Below, in pieces: positions 31,786 through 40,898 of a stretch of 60,952 bases of DNA (position 1 is the first letter of the stretch; each line of letters starts with the position of its first letter). The DNA comes from an uncultured Candidatus Saccharibacteria bacterium (GTDB lineage Bacteria > Patescibacteriota > WWE3 > UBA101185 > UBA10185). The position numbers were made by a program, and so were the translations under genes. The stretch is from positions 1-60,952 of the forward strand of contig CAZILK010000004.1 in the NCBI GenBank assembly GCA_964540135.1, in the 5' to 3' direction. The notes beneath the pieces are model-generated. The model had not been told where the DNA came from. It worked only from the letters and a program-made list of their open reading frames with translations, and ran no database searches.

Positions 31786-32733
31786 GTGCATTTAGAAAAA
31801 TTAGACATAACAATAAATAAACTATCCGAGAGTGATAACGTAGGCGTATTTTCATTTAAGCCACTTCCTAAGGGATTTGGTTATACGCTTGGTAACTGTT
31901 TGCGAAGAGTACTTTTAACATCTCTTCAGGGTGGTGCTATTACCCAGCTAAAATTAAATGGTATAGCTCATGAGTTTTCAACAATCCCTGGTGTTAAAGA
32001 AGATGTAATTGAATTGACATTAAATCTGAAGCAGATTAAAGCTCGGATGAATACTGATAATCCAGTTGTTTTAAGACTACATAAAAAAGGTGCCGGAGTT
32101 GTTACAGCTGCTGATATTGAGAAATCCAGTGACTTGGAGATCGTTAACCCAGAGGCTCATATCGCAACCTTAGCGGACGCCAAAACTGAATTTGATCTTG
32201 AGGTTGTTTTTGAAAAAGGTGTTGGTTTTATGCCAGTTGAAGAAAGAGAGACTTCTAAAGTTGGTGTAATCTTACTTGATACCCTCTTTACACCAGTAAT
32301 ATCAGCAAGTTATGAGGTTGAACAAACCCGTCTTGGAAGATCAGTTGACTACGATAGCTTAGTTTTAACAGTTGTTACCGATGGCAGTATTGGGCCAGAA
32401 GAAGCAGTTGTTAAATCTTCAAGAATATTACGTGACTTTTTCACAAGATTCTCACAAGGTGCTGATGAAGAAATAGTTGTTGAGGAAAGCTCTCTTGATG
32501 CTGAAGAGAATGCATCAAACGCTGCAAGTGCAGATGTTGAAGATGTATCTGTTGAAGAACTCCCGCTTCCAACAAGAACAATCAATGCTCTAAGAAAACA
32601 CGGAATAAAAACACTACAAGAACTTGTTAACAAATCAGCCGAAGAGCTTGCAGATATAAAAAATCTTGGAGAGAAATCAGTTGAAGAGATTGAGAAATTA
32701 TTAAAAAAGGAAGGCCTAACAGCTAAAAAATAA
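31786..32733 (+). CDS. rpoA: RNA polymerase alpha subunit
   Basis: GYTLGNCLRRVLL, HEFSTIPGVKED, alpha-CTD RTINAL...KNLGEKS; GTG start. Confidence 0.98.
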   Translation: MHLEKLDITINKLSESDNVGVFSFKPLPKGFGYTLGNCLRRVLLTSLQGGAITQLKLNGIAHEFSTIPGVKEDVIELTLNLKQIKARMNTDNPVVLRLHKKGAGVVTAADIEKSSDLEIVNPEAHIATLADAKTEFDLEVVFEKGVGFMPVEERETSKVGVILLDTLFTPVISASYEVEQTRLGRSVDYDSLVLTVVTDGSIGPEEAVVKSSRILRDFFTRFSQGADEEIVVEESSLDAEENASNAASADVEDVSVEELPLPTRTINALRKHGIKTLQELVNKSAEELADIKNLGEKSVEEIEKLLKKEGLTAKK

Positions 32734-32735
32734 CC

Positions 32736-33152
32736 ATGAGGCATAGAGTTCAGAATAAAAAGCTTAATACTGATAAAGATCACAGAAAGTCTTTGTTAAG
32801 AAATCTTGCTACATCTTTTATCGAGCACGATAAAATTGTAACAACATTAACAAAAGCTAAATTTGTGAAGCCTTATATTGAAAAAGCAGTTACAAAAGCT
32901 AAAAATGGAACTCATTTTACAAATGTCCAACGTGTAACAGCCCTTTTATCAACCGATAAAGCAGGCAGAAAACTTTTTTCTGAAATTGCTCCAAAGTATA
33001 TGGAAAGAAAAGGCGGTTACACAAGAATCACAAAGATAGGTACACGAGTTGGCGACAACTCAACTATGGCACGACTTGAGTGGGTAGATGAAAAGCCAAA
33101 AAAAGCAGTTAAAGGCAAGTCAGCTAAAAAGGAAGTAAAAAAAGATGAATAA
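32736..33152 (+). CDS. rplQ: 50S ribosomal protein L17
   Basis: MRHR, RNLATS, GGYTRI, RVGD. Confidence 0.97.
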   Translation: MRHRVQNKKLNTDKDHRKSLLRNLATSFIEHDKIVTTLTKAKFVKPYIEKAVTKAKNGTHFTNVQRVTALLSTDKAGRKLFSEIAPKYMERKGGYTRITKIGTRVGDNSTMARLEWVDEKPKKAVKGKSAKKEVKKDE

Positions 33153-33594
33153 TATAAACAAAACATATACTGCAAAACCAGTAGACATTAAAAAAGAGTG
33201 GCATAAAATCGATGCTTCAAATGAAGTACTCGGAAGACTTGCATCAAAAATTGCCATGATTATTATGGGTAAAACAAAACCAACTTTTACAGCAAGTATG
33301 GATACTGGTGATAGAGTTGTTGTTTTGAATGCTGCAAAAATTAGAGTTACTGGAAATAAAGAAACTGACAAGGTTTATTATAAGCACTCAGGATACCCAG
33401 GAGGAATGAGATCCGAGACTTATAAAGAAAAAATGCAAAAGAACCCAACAACAGCTCTAAGAGAAGCAGTTTTTGGTATGTTACCAAAAAATAAACTCCG
33501 CAAAAAACGCATCAAGAATTTGTTTATTTATGCAAAAGAATCACATCCTCACGGAGCAAACATTGATTCAAAAGCAGTAGAGAGTGATAAGTAA
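33145..33594 (+). CDS. rplM: 50S ribosomal protein L13
   Basis: LGRLAS, GKTKPTF, HSGYPGG, GMLPKN. Confidence 0.98.
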   Translation: MNNINKTYTAKPVDIKKEWHKIDASNEVLGRLASKIAMIIMGKTKPTFTASMDTGDRVVVLNAAKIRVTGNKETDKVYYKHSGYPGGMRSETYKEKMQKNPTTALREAVFGMLPKNKLRKKRIKNLFIYAKESHPHGANIDSKAVESDK

Positions 33595-33595
33595 T

Positions 33596-34240
33596 ATGGT
33601 CAAAGAAGTTAAAGAAAAAAAAGCTAAAGAAGTGAAAGCAAAAGAGACAAAAGCCAAAGTTAAATCAGAAGCAAAAAAAGTTGATAAGACCACTGCTAAA
33701 AAAGAAGCTGTAAAGGTAGAGAAACCTAAAAAAGAAAAAACAGTTAAGGCTGTCGATGTTCCAGCTCTTGAAGCTATCATTCCTGAAGTGGCTTTGGAGG
33801 TTATTCTTCCAGAAGTAAAATCTGAAAAGAAATCTAAAGTCAAAAAAGAATTCAAATCAGGTACAGGTCGTAGAAAAACAGCAATTGCTAGTGTATTTTT
33901 ATATGAACAAAAAGGTGATTTTACCGTTAATGGAGTTAATATCCAAGATTATTTCAAAACAGAGCAAGAGCATTCAAAATGGATGCGACCGTTTCATGTC
34001 CTTGGGATCGCTCACCCAACCTCAAGATTCAGCGCTTCAGTTAAGGTTTCAGGCTCTGGAGTTTCGTCCCAGCTTGGTGCTATAGTTCACGGCTTTTCAC
34101 GAGCTCTCGCTTCAGTTAGTGATGAATACTCAGAGATTTTACACAAAACCGATCTGTTAACCAGAGATTCTAGGATGGTTGAACGTAAAAAATACTTTCT
34201 TAGAAAAGCTCGTAAAGCTCCTCAATATTCTAAGAGATAA
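33596..34240 (+). CDS. rpsI: 30S ribosomal protein S9 with ~85-aa Lys-rich N-terminal extension
   Basis: GTGRRKTA, LTRDSRMVERKK, KARKAPQYSKR; start could also be GTG 33584. Confidence 0.95.
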   Translation: MVKEVKEKKAKEVKAKETKAKVKSEAKKVDKTTAKKEAVKVEKPKKEKTVKAVDVPALEAIIPEVALEVILPEVKSEKKSKVKKEFKSGTGRRKTAIASVFLYEQKGDFTVNGVNIQDYFKTEQEHSKWMRPFHVLGIAHPTSRFSASVKVSGSGVSSQLGAIVHGFSRALASVSDEYSEILHKTDLLTRDSRMVERKKYFLRKARKAPQYSKR

Positions 34241-34514
34241 TCTGAAGTTCTATAACTTGAGAGAGTTCTTTTAAGTCTTCTTGAAGTTTTGTAAGTCTTG
34301 CAAGAAGTATCTCATCATTTTTTAGAGTAAAAGTTCCAACCGAAATTTTGTAAGTTTTTGCAATTCTTTCAAGCACTTTTAGAGGTGGGGTACATTTACC
34401 AGTTTCATAAGCTGATATTGTTTTCCCTGAAATGCCAATTTTATAACCAAATCTGTTTTGAGATAATTGCTGTGACTGTCTAACTTGTTTAATTGAATCA
34501 GAAATAGTTTTCAT
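34230..34514 (-). CDS. XRE-family HTH regulator with C-terminal coiled coil
   Basis: LSQ..FG..IGIS..TISAYETG...P. Confidence 0.88.
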   Translation of the reverse strand: MKTISDSIKQVRQSQQLSQNRFGYKIGISGKTISAYETGKCTPPLKVLERIAKTYKISVGTFTLKNDEILLARLTKLQEDLKELSQVIELQIIS

Positions 34515-34550
34515 GATTTGTTTAAAAAGGATAATCTCTTATCTTGGTAG

Positions 34551-34590
34551 AACATAACATGTTGCAACGCATATTGCAACAATATATGTT
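34551..34590. promoter_or_regulatory. dyad-symmetric divergent promoter/operator between xre and radC
   Basis: TGTTGCAA-N6-TTGCAACA (34560-81); TTGCAA-N17-TATGTT reads on both strands. Confidence 0.65.
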
Positions 34591-34598
34591 GGTTATTA

Positions 34599-35285
34599 AT
34601 GAGAGGTCCAAATCCAGTTAATAAAAATGATTATCCAAGAGAAAAACTAGAACGATTTGGTCCAACTAGTCTTACCGATTATGAATTACTTGCTTTAATT
34701 TTAAGAACAGGTGGAAAAGAAAACTCTGTTGTAACAATTGCACAATCTTTATTAAATGAATTCGGTGGATTAAGCGGTTTGTTTTCAGCAACTTCAAATC
34801 AACTGCAGCTTGTAAGGTATTTAGGATCTGCCAAGATTGCAAGCATTAAAGCACTAGGGGAATTAGCTCTTAGGTCATCTATTCCAGACGTGGCAAAGGA
34901 AGTATTGATAAAAACACCTGAAGATGTCTTCAAACTTCTTAAAAAGGACCTGTATATGAAGAAAAGAGAATGCTTGTACTTAATATCTCTTGATACAAGA
35001 AATAAATTAATTGAAAAAGATCTTATTTCTCTTGGCATTATCTCTCAAACACTAGTTAGCCCACGAGAGGTGTTTAGGCAGGCTCTTCTTCGAAACGCAG
35101 TCTCTATTATACTTGCGCACAACCACCCTTCTAACAACCCAAAACCAAGTAATGAGGATATAACTTTAACCCAAGCAATAGCAACTGCTGGTGTTCATAT
35201 AGGAGTTGCTCTTCTTGATCACATAGTTATTTGCGATCACACGTTTTGTAGCATCAAAGCTCTTAATGTATTTGATTGTAATTAA
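34599..35285 (+). CDS. radC: RadC/UPF0758 JAB-domain protein
   Basis: PREKL..G..SL.D.ELLA, HhH, SPREVF, HNHPS, LLDH. Confidence 0.93.
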   Translation: MRGPNPVNKNDYPREKLERFGPTSLTDYELLALILRTGGKENSVVTIAQSLLNEFGGLSGLFSATSNQLQLVRYLGSAKIASIKALGELALRSSIPDVAKEVLIKTPEDVFKLLKKDLYMKKRECLYLISLDTRNKLIEKDLISLGIISQTLVSPREVFRQALLRNAVSIILAHNHPSNNPKPSNEDITLTQAIATAGVHIGVALLDHIVICDHTFCSIKALNVFDCN

Positions 35286-35292
35286 GAAGGAG

Positions 35293-35898
35293 GTGACTAG
35301 AATAAATCTAAGAATAAATAAAAAGTTGTTGTTACCGGTTATCGGCATACTTTTTGGTATAGGTATTAGTGCAGGTTACGCTGCGTTTATGGATAAAGGT
35401 AAAATACTTGGCTCTTCATTTACAATGGGAAGCTCTGATCTTAAATTTTTAAAAGACTTAACTCTTGGTGTTGTTGAAACAAACTTGGTAGATGAAAAAC
35501 AAGGTCCTCAGTTTAATAATATTAGTCCTGCATGGTCACAAAATTATCTTGTAAAAATATACAACAATGCAGCAGAACCGGTAAATCTAACATCAACATC
35601 ATTTTACGAGACTGCTAAAGATCCAGACGATCTAAGATCAATTATCTTTGTTGAACCATTTAATTGGAATGATGATAATGACGGAGTTTTTGAAGAGGGA
35701 GAGCTTGGAACTTCTTATGGTAGAAAGACAATAATTAAATGGAAGACGGAAGGGTACGCTCTTGGACAAGTAGGTGCTGGAAGCTTAAAGTCACTTGTCT
35801 TAAAATTCTCAACAGACTCAGTTTCCGAAACAAAACAAGGCAAAAGTGGATCATATGACTTTGAGTTTGAAGCAGTTGGCGTGCCGTCAGCGGAGTGA
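35293..35898 (+). CDS. secreted TasA/CalY-like protein with SipW-cognate-type signal peptide
   Basis: Basic N-terminus, hydrophobic stretch, then AGYAAFMD...SSFTMGSSDL; GTG 35293 overlaps AAGGAGG. Confidence 0.65.
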   Translation: MTRINLRINKKLLLPVIGILFGIGISAGYAAFMDKGKILGSSFTMGSSDLKFLKDLTLGVVETNLVDEKQGPQFNNISPAWSQNYLVKIYNNAAEPVNLTSTSFYETAKDPDDLRSIIFVEPFNWNDDNDGVFEEGELGTSYGRKTIIKWKTEGYALGQVGAGSLKSLVLKFSTDSVSETKQGKSGSYDFEFEAVGVPSAE

Positions 35899-35910
35899 GG
35901 ACTGTAGATT

Positions 35911-35942
35911 GGGTTGATGCCTGCCTGTCCGGGCATCGATTC
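35911..35942. terminator. hairpin between convergent genes
   Basis: GGGTTGATGCCTG-cctgtc-CGGGCATCGATTC, 13 bp including G-U pairs; no U tract. Confidence 0.4.
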
Positions 35943-36336
35943 AGTAGTGCTTGCTAATGTGATATGCCAAGTACGGCTTGGAACCTTTGGTATACATCAG
36001 GTAGGTATCTACTGGAGCCCTATCAGTTGGATTCTTGTATGTTAGAAAAAGCTCTGCTTTATTCAAACTCCCTTTAGACTTCTCCTTCGCAGTAATATGG
36101 ACCCTGTCCATACTGTTTATAACCATGCCCCCTCCGCTAAGCTCTGCCCTAATAGGCATTACTCTACATCTAGAGTCGCTAACCTGCTCAATCATTACAA
36201 TCGCATGCCCGAGATCTGCTCTTTGCGTTTCAGTAAATGAACGGTCTTCTTCTATTGCTAGTCTCAGTTCAGTTAGTGCACTGTCTATATTTACTTCAGG
36301 TGCTATTCGTTCCATTGATCTTTGTTCTTCTGTCAT
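35941..36336 (-). CDS. hypothetical protein, ~131 aa
   Basis: ORF; ATG 36336 preceded by TACAAT-N10 on the minus strand (ORF track start is GTG 36360). Confidence 0.6.
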   Translation of the reverse strand: MTEEQRSMERIAPEVNIDSALTELRLAIEEDRSFTETQRADLGHAIVMIEQVSDSRCRVMPIRAELSGGGMVINSMDRVHITAKEKSKGSLNKAELFLTYKNPTDRAPVDTYLMYTKGSKPYLAYHISKHY

Positions 36337-36433
36337 AACGTAGGTGATTGTACTATACACCGAGCTTTATAACAACCTATAGCTTGTAGTCTCAAATTAA
36401 GCTTCAAAGGGTATTTAATGTTAAAATTCCCAT

Positions 36434-37459
36434 ATGGCACTGACTCACGCTGAAAAACAAAAATATCTTCAAGACCTTGAAATCTTAAAATCAAAGCTTG
36501 GACTTGAGGAAAAACAAAAACGACTTCATCAAATTCAGCTGGAATTAAGTGTTCCAAATGTTTGGGAAGACTGGGAGAATGCTCAAAAGATTTCACAAGA
36601 GCAATCAGCAATCACAAAAGAAACAGATCAGTTCACAATGCTTGAGCTTTTAATTGAAGACGGAGAAGGCGAGGAGTTTCTAAAAGAATTCAACGCACTT
36701 GAAGAAAAAACATTCCTTTCTTTTAGATATGCAACTGCCGATGCTCTTTTGTCAGTACACTCAGGACAAGGGGGTACTGAAGCTCTTGATTGGACCGCTA
36801 TGCTTTATAGAATGTATACAAGGTATGCTGAGAGGCAGAAGTGGGGAGTTGAGGTTGTAACGTCAATTCAAGGTGAGGAGGCAGGTTATAAATCAATTAC
36901 CATTGAGATTAAAGGGCAATATGCTTTTGGATTCCTGCGGCATGAATCAGGCACACATAGACTTGTTAGACAGTCACCTTTTAATGCTAATGATTTAAGA
37001 CAAACATCATTTGCACGAGTTGAGGTTATTCCAGTTATTAATGACGATATTGAAGAAATTGAAATCAAAGAAGAAGATCTTGAATTCGAAGCATATAGGT
37101 CAAGTGGTTCTGGAGGACAAAACGTTAATAAAGTTTCAACCGCAGTAAGGCTTAAACATAAACCAACAGGTATTGTTGTTGAGTGTCAGGAAGAAAGATT
37201 TCAAGGCAAGAATAGGCAGCGAGCTTTAAAGATACTGAAATCAAAACTTTTTGCAATTGAACAACAGAAAATGGATGAAGAAAAACGCAAACTCAGAGGA
37301 GATTTCGTTATTCCCGGTTGGGGAACTCAGATTAGAAATTATGTTCTTCATCCATATAAACTTGTTAAAGATTTAAGAACAGGAATTGAAAGTACAAACC
37401 CTGAGGCTGTTCTTGATGGTGATCTAGAGGAATTTATAACTGCGGAAGTAAAACTTTAA
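36434..37459 (+). CDS. prfB: peptide chain release factor 2, uninterrupted ORF
   Basis: SPF recognition tripeptide (LVRQSPF), [13 protein letters not shown]. Confidence 0.97.
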   Translation: MALTHAEKQKYLQDLEILKSKLGLEEKQKRLHQIQLELSVPNVWEDWENAQKISQEQSAITKETDQFTMLELLIEDGEGEEFLKEFNALEEKTFLSFRYATADALLSVHSGQGGTEALDWTAMLYRMYTRYAERQKWGVEVVTSIQGEEAGYKSITIEIKGQYAFGFLRHESGTHRLVRQSPFNANDLRQTSFARVEVIPVINDDIEEIEIKEEDLEFEAYRSSGSGGQNVNKVSTAVRLKHKPTGIVVECQEERFQGKNRQRALKILKSKLFAIEQQKMDEEKRKLRGDFVIPGWGTQIRNYVLHPYKLVKDLRTGIESTNPEAVLDGDLEEFITAEVKL

Positions 37460-37462
37460 GTT

Positions 37463-37645
37463 TTAAAATAATCCTTTAAGCAATTGATCTACTTGTACTT
37501 TTGGAAGTAAAAAGTGTGTTGAGACTATTACAACGATTGAAAAAATTGCAAACATAAAGGTTTTAACCAGATCCATTTTGATTTCTTTAATGGGGAGAGC
37601 ATATTTACTTTGTTTTTCTTCAGCTTGTTTCTTTTTATTCTTCAC
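37463..37645 (-). CDS. small single-TM membrane protein, 60 aa
   Basis: Basic N-terminus plus hydrophobic helix; TTGAAA-N17-TAACTT-N6-GTG upstream. Confidence 0.65.
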   Translation of the reverse strand: MKNKKKQAEEKQSKYALPIKEIKMDLVKTFMFAIFSIVVIVSTHFLLPKVQVDQLLKGLF

Positions 37646-37744
37646 GAGCTTAAGTTACCAAATTTAGCCTCAACTTTCAAGCGATCTTATAGTAAGTTTC
37701 AATTATCCTATAGACAAACAATGTACCCAATATATAATAGAAAC

Positions 37745-38893
37745 ATGTTAAACACAGTCCAAAATTTTCAAGCTCCTAATAAGAATGTAGGTTTTGCCAG
37801 GAACATCATTTTAATAGTATTACTTGTTGGTGTTGTTGGCGGTATTGGGTTATTTTTGTATTCCAGATCTGGCGGAACCAGCTCTTTTTTAAACCCGCGC
37901 GCTGGTGGTGATAGCAAGGATCCAAATGCAGGGAAGATAGAGGCGAAGCTTACCGGTGTTTTATACTCAAAAGAAGAAGCAGAGAAATTTAATAAAATAA
38001 GACCACTTGCTGTTATGGTTAATAACCACTTAGATGCAAGACCTCAATCCGGACTTCAAGATGCAGATCTTGTTTATGAAATAGTAGCTGAAGGTGGGAT
38101 TACAAGGTTTTTAGCATTTTTCAATACAAAAATACCTGAGAAAATCGGACCTGTAAGAAGTACCCGTGAGTATTACCTTGTTTTAGTACGAGAGCTTGGA
38201 GATGCCATGCTTATGCATATTGGGTGGTCACCACAAGCACTAGTTGCTATAGAATCTTGGCCGGTTAAGAGCCTTGGCCGCGGTAATGCACCTTTTTGGC
38301 GAGATCAGGGTAGGCTTGATGCTGGAGTTGCTTATGAGCATACAGCCTATACAAACGGTAAAGAGCTCATTAAAAAAGGTGAGGAGCTTGGTTGGCAAGG
38401 TACTAACGAGGATTTTGTATCATACAAGTTTAAAGCTGATTCCCCAGTAAAGCCTGGTGATACAGTTGATAAAGCATCTAAGATTACTGTTGATTTTTGG
38501 TATCCCGGTGATTACTCAGCTTACTGGGAATATGATCCTGTAGCTAATGTATATAACAGGTTTATGGGGTATGACGCTTCAGACAAGCCAATCATCCATG
38601 CTGACGGGGATTCCGGAAAACAGATCAAAGTCAAAAACCTCATTGTGCAGACAGCAAAAGAGATAAGTATCCCAGGGGATGATAAAAATAGACTTGATTA
38701 CGAATTAGTCGGCAGTGGTGAGGCTCTTGTGTTTATTGACGGAAAAGTATATAAAGTTACTTGGAGCAAAGAAAGTCGGGATGCTCGTACACTTTTTTAT
38801 ACTCTAGATGGCGAGGAGATAAAATTTAACAGAGGAAACTTTTGGATTTCGATCGTGCCAGACCGTAACACCGAGCAGGTTGTTTACGAGTAA
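37745..38893 (+). CDS. DUF3048 (YerB-like) membrane-anchored protein
   Basis: RPLAVMVNN, RPQSGL..AD.VYE..AEGGITRFLA, GPVRS.R; start at ATG 37745. Confidence 0.88.
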   Translation: MLNTVQNFQAPNKNVGFARNIILIVLLVGVVGGIGLFLYSRSGGTSSFLNPRAGGDSKDPNAGKIEAKLTGVLYSKEEAEKFNKIRPLAVMVNNHLDARPQSGLQDADLVYEIVAEGGITRFLAFFNTKIPEKIGPVRSTREYYLVLVRELGDAMLMHIGWSPQALVAIESWPVKSLGRGNAPFWRDQGRLDAGVAYEHTAYTNGKELIKKGEELGWQGTNEDFVSYKFKADSPVKPGDTVDKASKITVDFWYPGDYSAYWEYDPVANVYNRFMGYDASDKPIIHADGDSGKQIKVKNLIVQTAKEISIPGDDKNRLDYELVGSGEALVFIDGKVYKVTWSKESRDARTLFYTLDGEEIKFNRGNFWISIVPDRNTEQVVYE

Positions 38894-38922
38894 TTAGTTA
38901 AACAACTGCCCAAAACGACTAG

Positions 38923-39504
38923 ATGTTAAACGAACTTTTTGTATCTGAAGTTAGAGTTAAGATTTTAAAATTAATGCTTCCTAGCCCTAATAGACCTTTT
39001 CATGTAAGGGCACTTGTTCGTGCAGTTGGGACTGAGATAAATGCCATAAGACGAGAGCTTACAAGGCTAACATCTCTTGGGCTTTTAAAAAGACGACCTA
39101 GTGGTAATAGAGTATATTTCACAGTTAACACCGGCTCCCCATATTATCCAGAACTTCTATCTCTTGTGTCAAAAGAACTTGGTCTTGGGCAGAAGATTAT
39201 TTCACATGCAAAACAGCTTGGAGATGTTAAATTTGCAGTTCTCTCTCGTGCTTTTTCAAGAGGACGCGAAACATCACTGTTAGATATAGACCTTTTTATA
39301 GTTGGAGTGTTAAATCTTGAGGTACTTGAAAAGATCATAACTGAAGAAGAGAAAATCTTAGAACGAGAAATTCACTATTCAGTAATGGGTGAAGATGAGT
39401 TTTTGTTTAGAAAAAGAAAAAACGACCAATTTGTAATAAGGATCTTAACTCAAAGTAGGACTCAGCTCCTAGGCGATGAAGAAGAGTTCTGTTCCCTGTC
39501 TTAG
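38923..39504 (+). CDS. winged-HTH plus degenerate minimal nucleotidyltransferase-fold protein
   Basis: N-terminal wHTH (RRELTRLTSLGLL); C-terminal SRG....DIDLFIVG. Confidence 0.7.
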   Translation: MLNELFVSEVRVKILKLMLPSPNRPFHVRALVRAVGTEINAIRRELTRLTSLGLLKRRPSGNRVYFTVNTGSPYYPELLSLVSKELGLGQKIISHAKQLGDVKFAVLSRAFSRGRETSLLDIDLFIVGVLNLEVLEKIITEEEKILEREIHYSVMGEDEFLFRKRKNDQFVIRILTQSRTQLLGDEEEFCSLS

Positions 39505-39524
39505 ATTTGTTATACTATAGAGCG

Positions 39525-40898
39525 ATGTTTAAAAACATATATGTAAGATTAGCTTTAATAAGTGCCGTATTCACATTGAGTGTACTTATTGTTTTACCTC
39601 GTGTTCCGATTGTTATCAAAAGATGGGGACTTAATGTAGACTCATTTATCGGTGGCTACATCTTTAAATTACCTGGTGGAAAAGTCGTTGATTTAAGTAC
39701 ATTTAAAAAAGGACTTGATCTTGAGGGCGGAGTTCGTATTACTCTTGGTGCTAAGATGGCAGGAATACCCGCCTCAGAACGTCAGAACGCTTTAGATTCT
39801 GCTAAAGAAGTTATCTCAAGAAGAATAAACTTGCTTGGAGTTTCTGAGCCCAACATTCAAACTGTTAAAGTTGGTGATAGCTACAGGATCGTAGCTGAGA
39901 TTCCTGGTGTTTCTGATGTAGATCAAGCAGTTAAACTTATTGGGCAAACAGCGCAACTTAAGTTTAAGACTTTGAAAAAGCCTGAGGATTGGAATCAAGA
40001 AAAGTTCGTAGAATATTACACCAATCCTGATCTGTGGAAAGACACAGACTTAACAGGCTCTGACTTAAAAGGAGCTTCAGTTGTATTTTCAGGAGATACT
40101 CCAGGAACTCAGAATTTACCACAAGTGCAGTTAAGGTTTTCAACAAAAGGCAGAGAGAAGTTTTCAAAACTTGCGAAAGCAAACATTGATAGACCAGTAG
40201 CACTCTTTTTAGATCAAGATAAATCCCCATTATCTATGCCAACAATAAGTCCTGATCTTGCAAAAGGCGTTCTGCAAGACCCTGTTATAACAGGCAATTT
40301 TGATGTTGAGACTGCAAATAATTTAAGTTTACAAATCAGAGCAGGTGCATTGCCAATACCAGTTGAAGTACTTGAACAAAAAACTGTTGGTGCAACACTT
40401 GGTCTTGAATCGGTTAAAAAAAGCTTTATTGCAGGAATAGTGGGGCTTCTACTTGTAATGCTTTTTATGATTTATGCTTATGGTAGATACGGTATCTTGG
40501 CAGACATAGCGCTTTTTATTTACGCTCTTGTAATACTTGCAATATTTAAGCTTGTACCGGTTGTTCTAACCCTTCCTGGTATTGCCGGTATTATTCTGTC
40601 AATTGGTGTTGCAACAGATGCTAATATTTTAGTCTTCGAAAGAGTCAGAGAAGAAAAAAGATGGGGTGCTCCTACCTCACTTGCAATAAAGTTTGGGTTT
40701 GAGAGAGCGTGGAACTCAATTAAAGATTCAAACATGGCATCTCTCATATCAGCATTAATTTTGTTTTATTTCGGAACTGGTGCTATTAGAGGATTTGCAT
40801 TAACACTGGCAATTGGTATTGGTGTATCACTATTCTCATCAATTTTTGTTGTCCAGACTCTAATTAAGGTGTTTGGTTCATCAGGAAAATCCGTATGA
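39525..40898 (+). CDS. secD: protein translocase subunit SecD
   Basis: GLDLEGG, RINLLGVSEP, GALP, DANILVFERVREE; start at ATG 39525. Confidence 0.97.
   Translation: MFKNIYVRLALISAVFTLSVLIVLPRVPIVIKRWGLNVDSFIGGYIFKLPGGKVVDLSTFKKGLDLEGGVRITLGAKMAGIPASERQNALDSAKEVISRRINLLGVSEPNIQTVKVGDSYRIVAEIPGVSDVDQAVKLIGQTAQLKFKTLKKPEDWNQEKFVEYYTNPDLWKDTDLTGSDLKGASVVFSGDTPGTQNLPQVQLRFSTKGREKFSKLAKANIDRPVALFLDQDKSPLSMPTISPDLAKGVLQDPVITGNFDVETANNLSLQIRAGALPIPVEVLEQKTVGATLGLESVKKSFIAGIVGLLLVMLFMIYAYGRYGILADIALFIYALVILAIFKLVPVVLTLPGIAGIILSIGVATDANILVFERVREEKRWGAPTSLAIKFGFERAWNSIKDSNMASLISALILFYFGTGAIRGFALTLAIGIGVSLFSSIFVVQTLIKVFGSSGKSV

Noticed and set aside
34230-36360. xre-radC-orphan block as a prophage or ICE remnant
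   Set aside because: No integrase, att repeats or tRNA anchor; RadC is the full-length chromosomal type, not the short JAB-only mobile type
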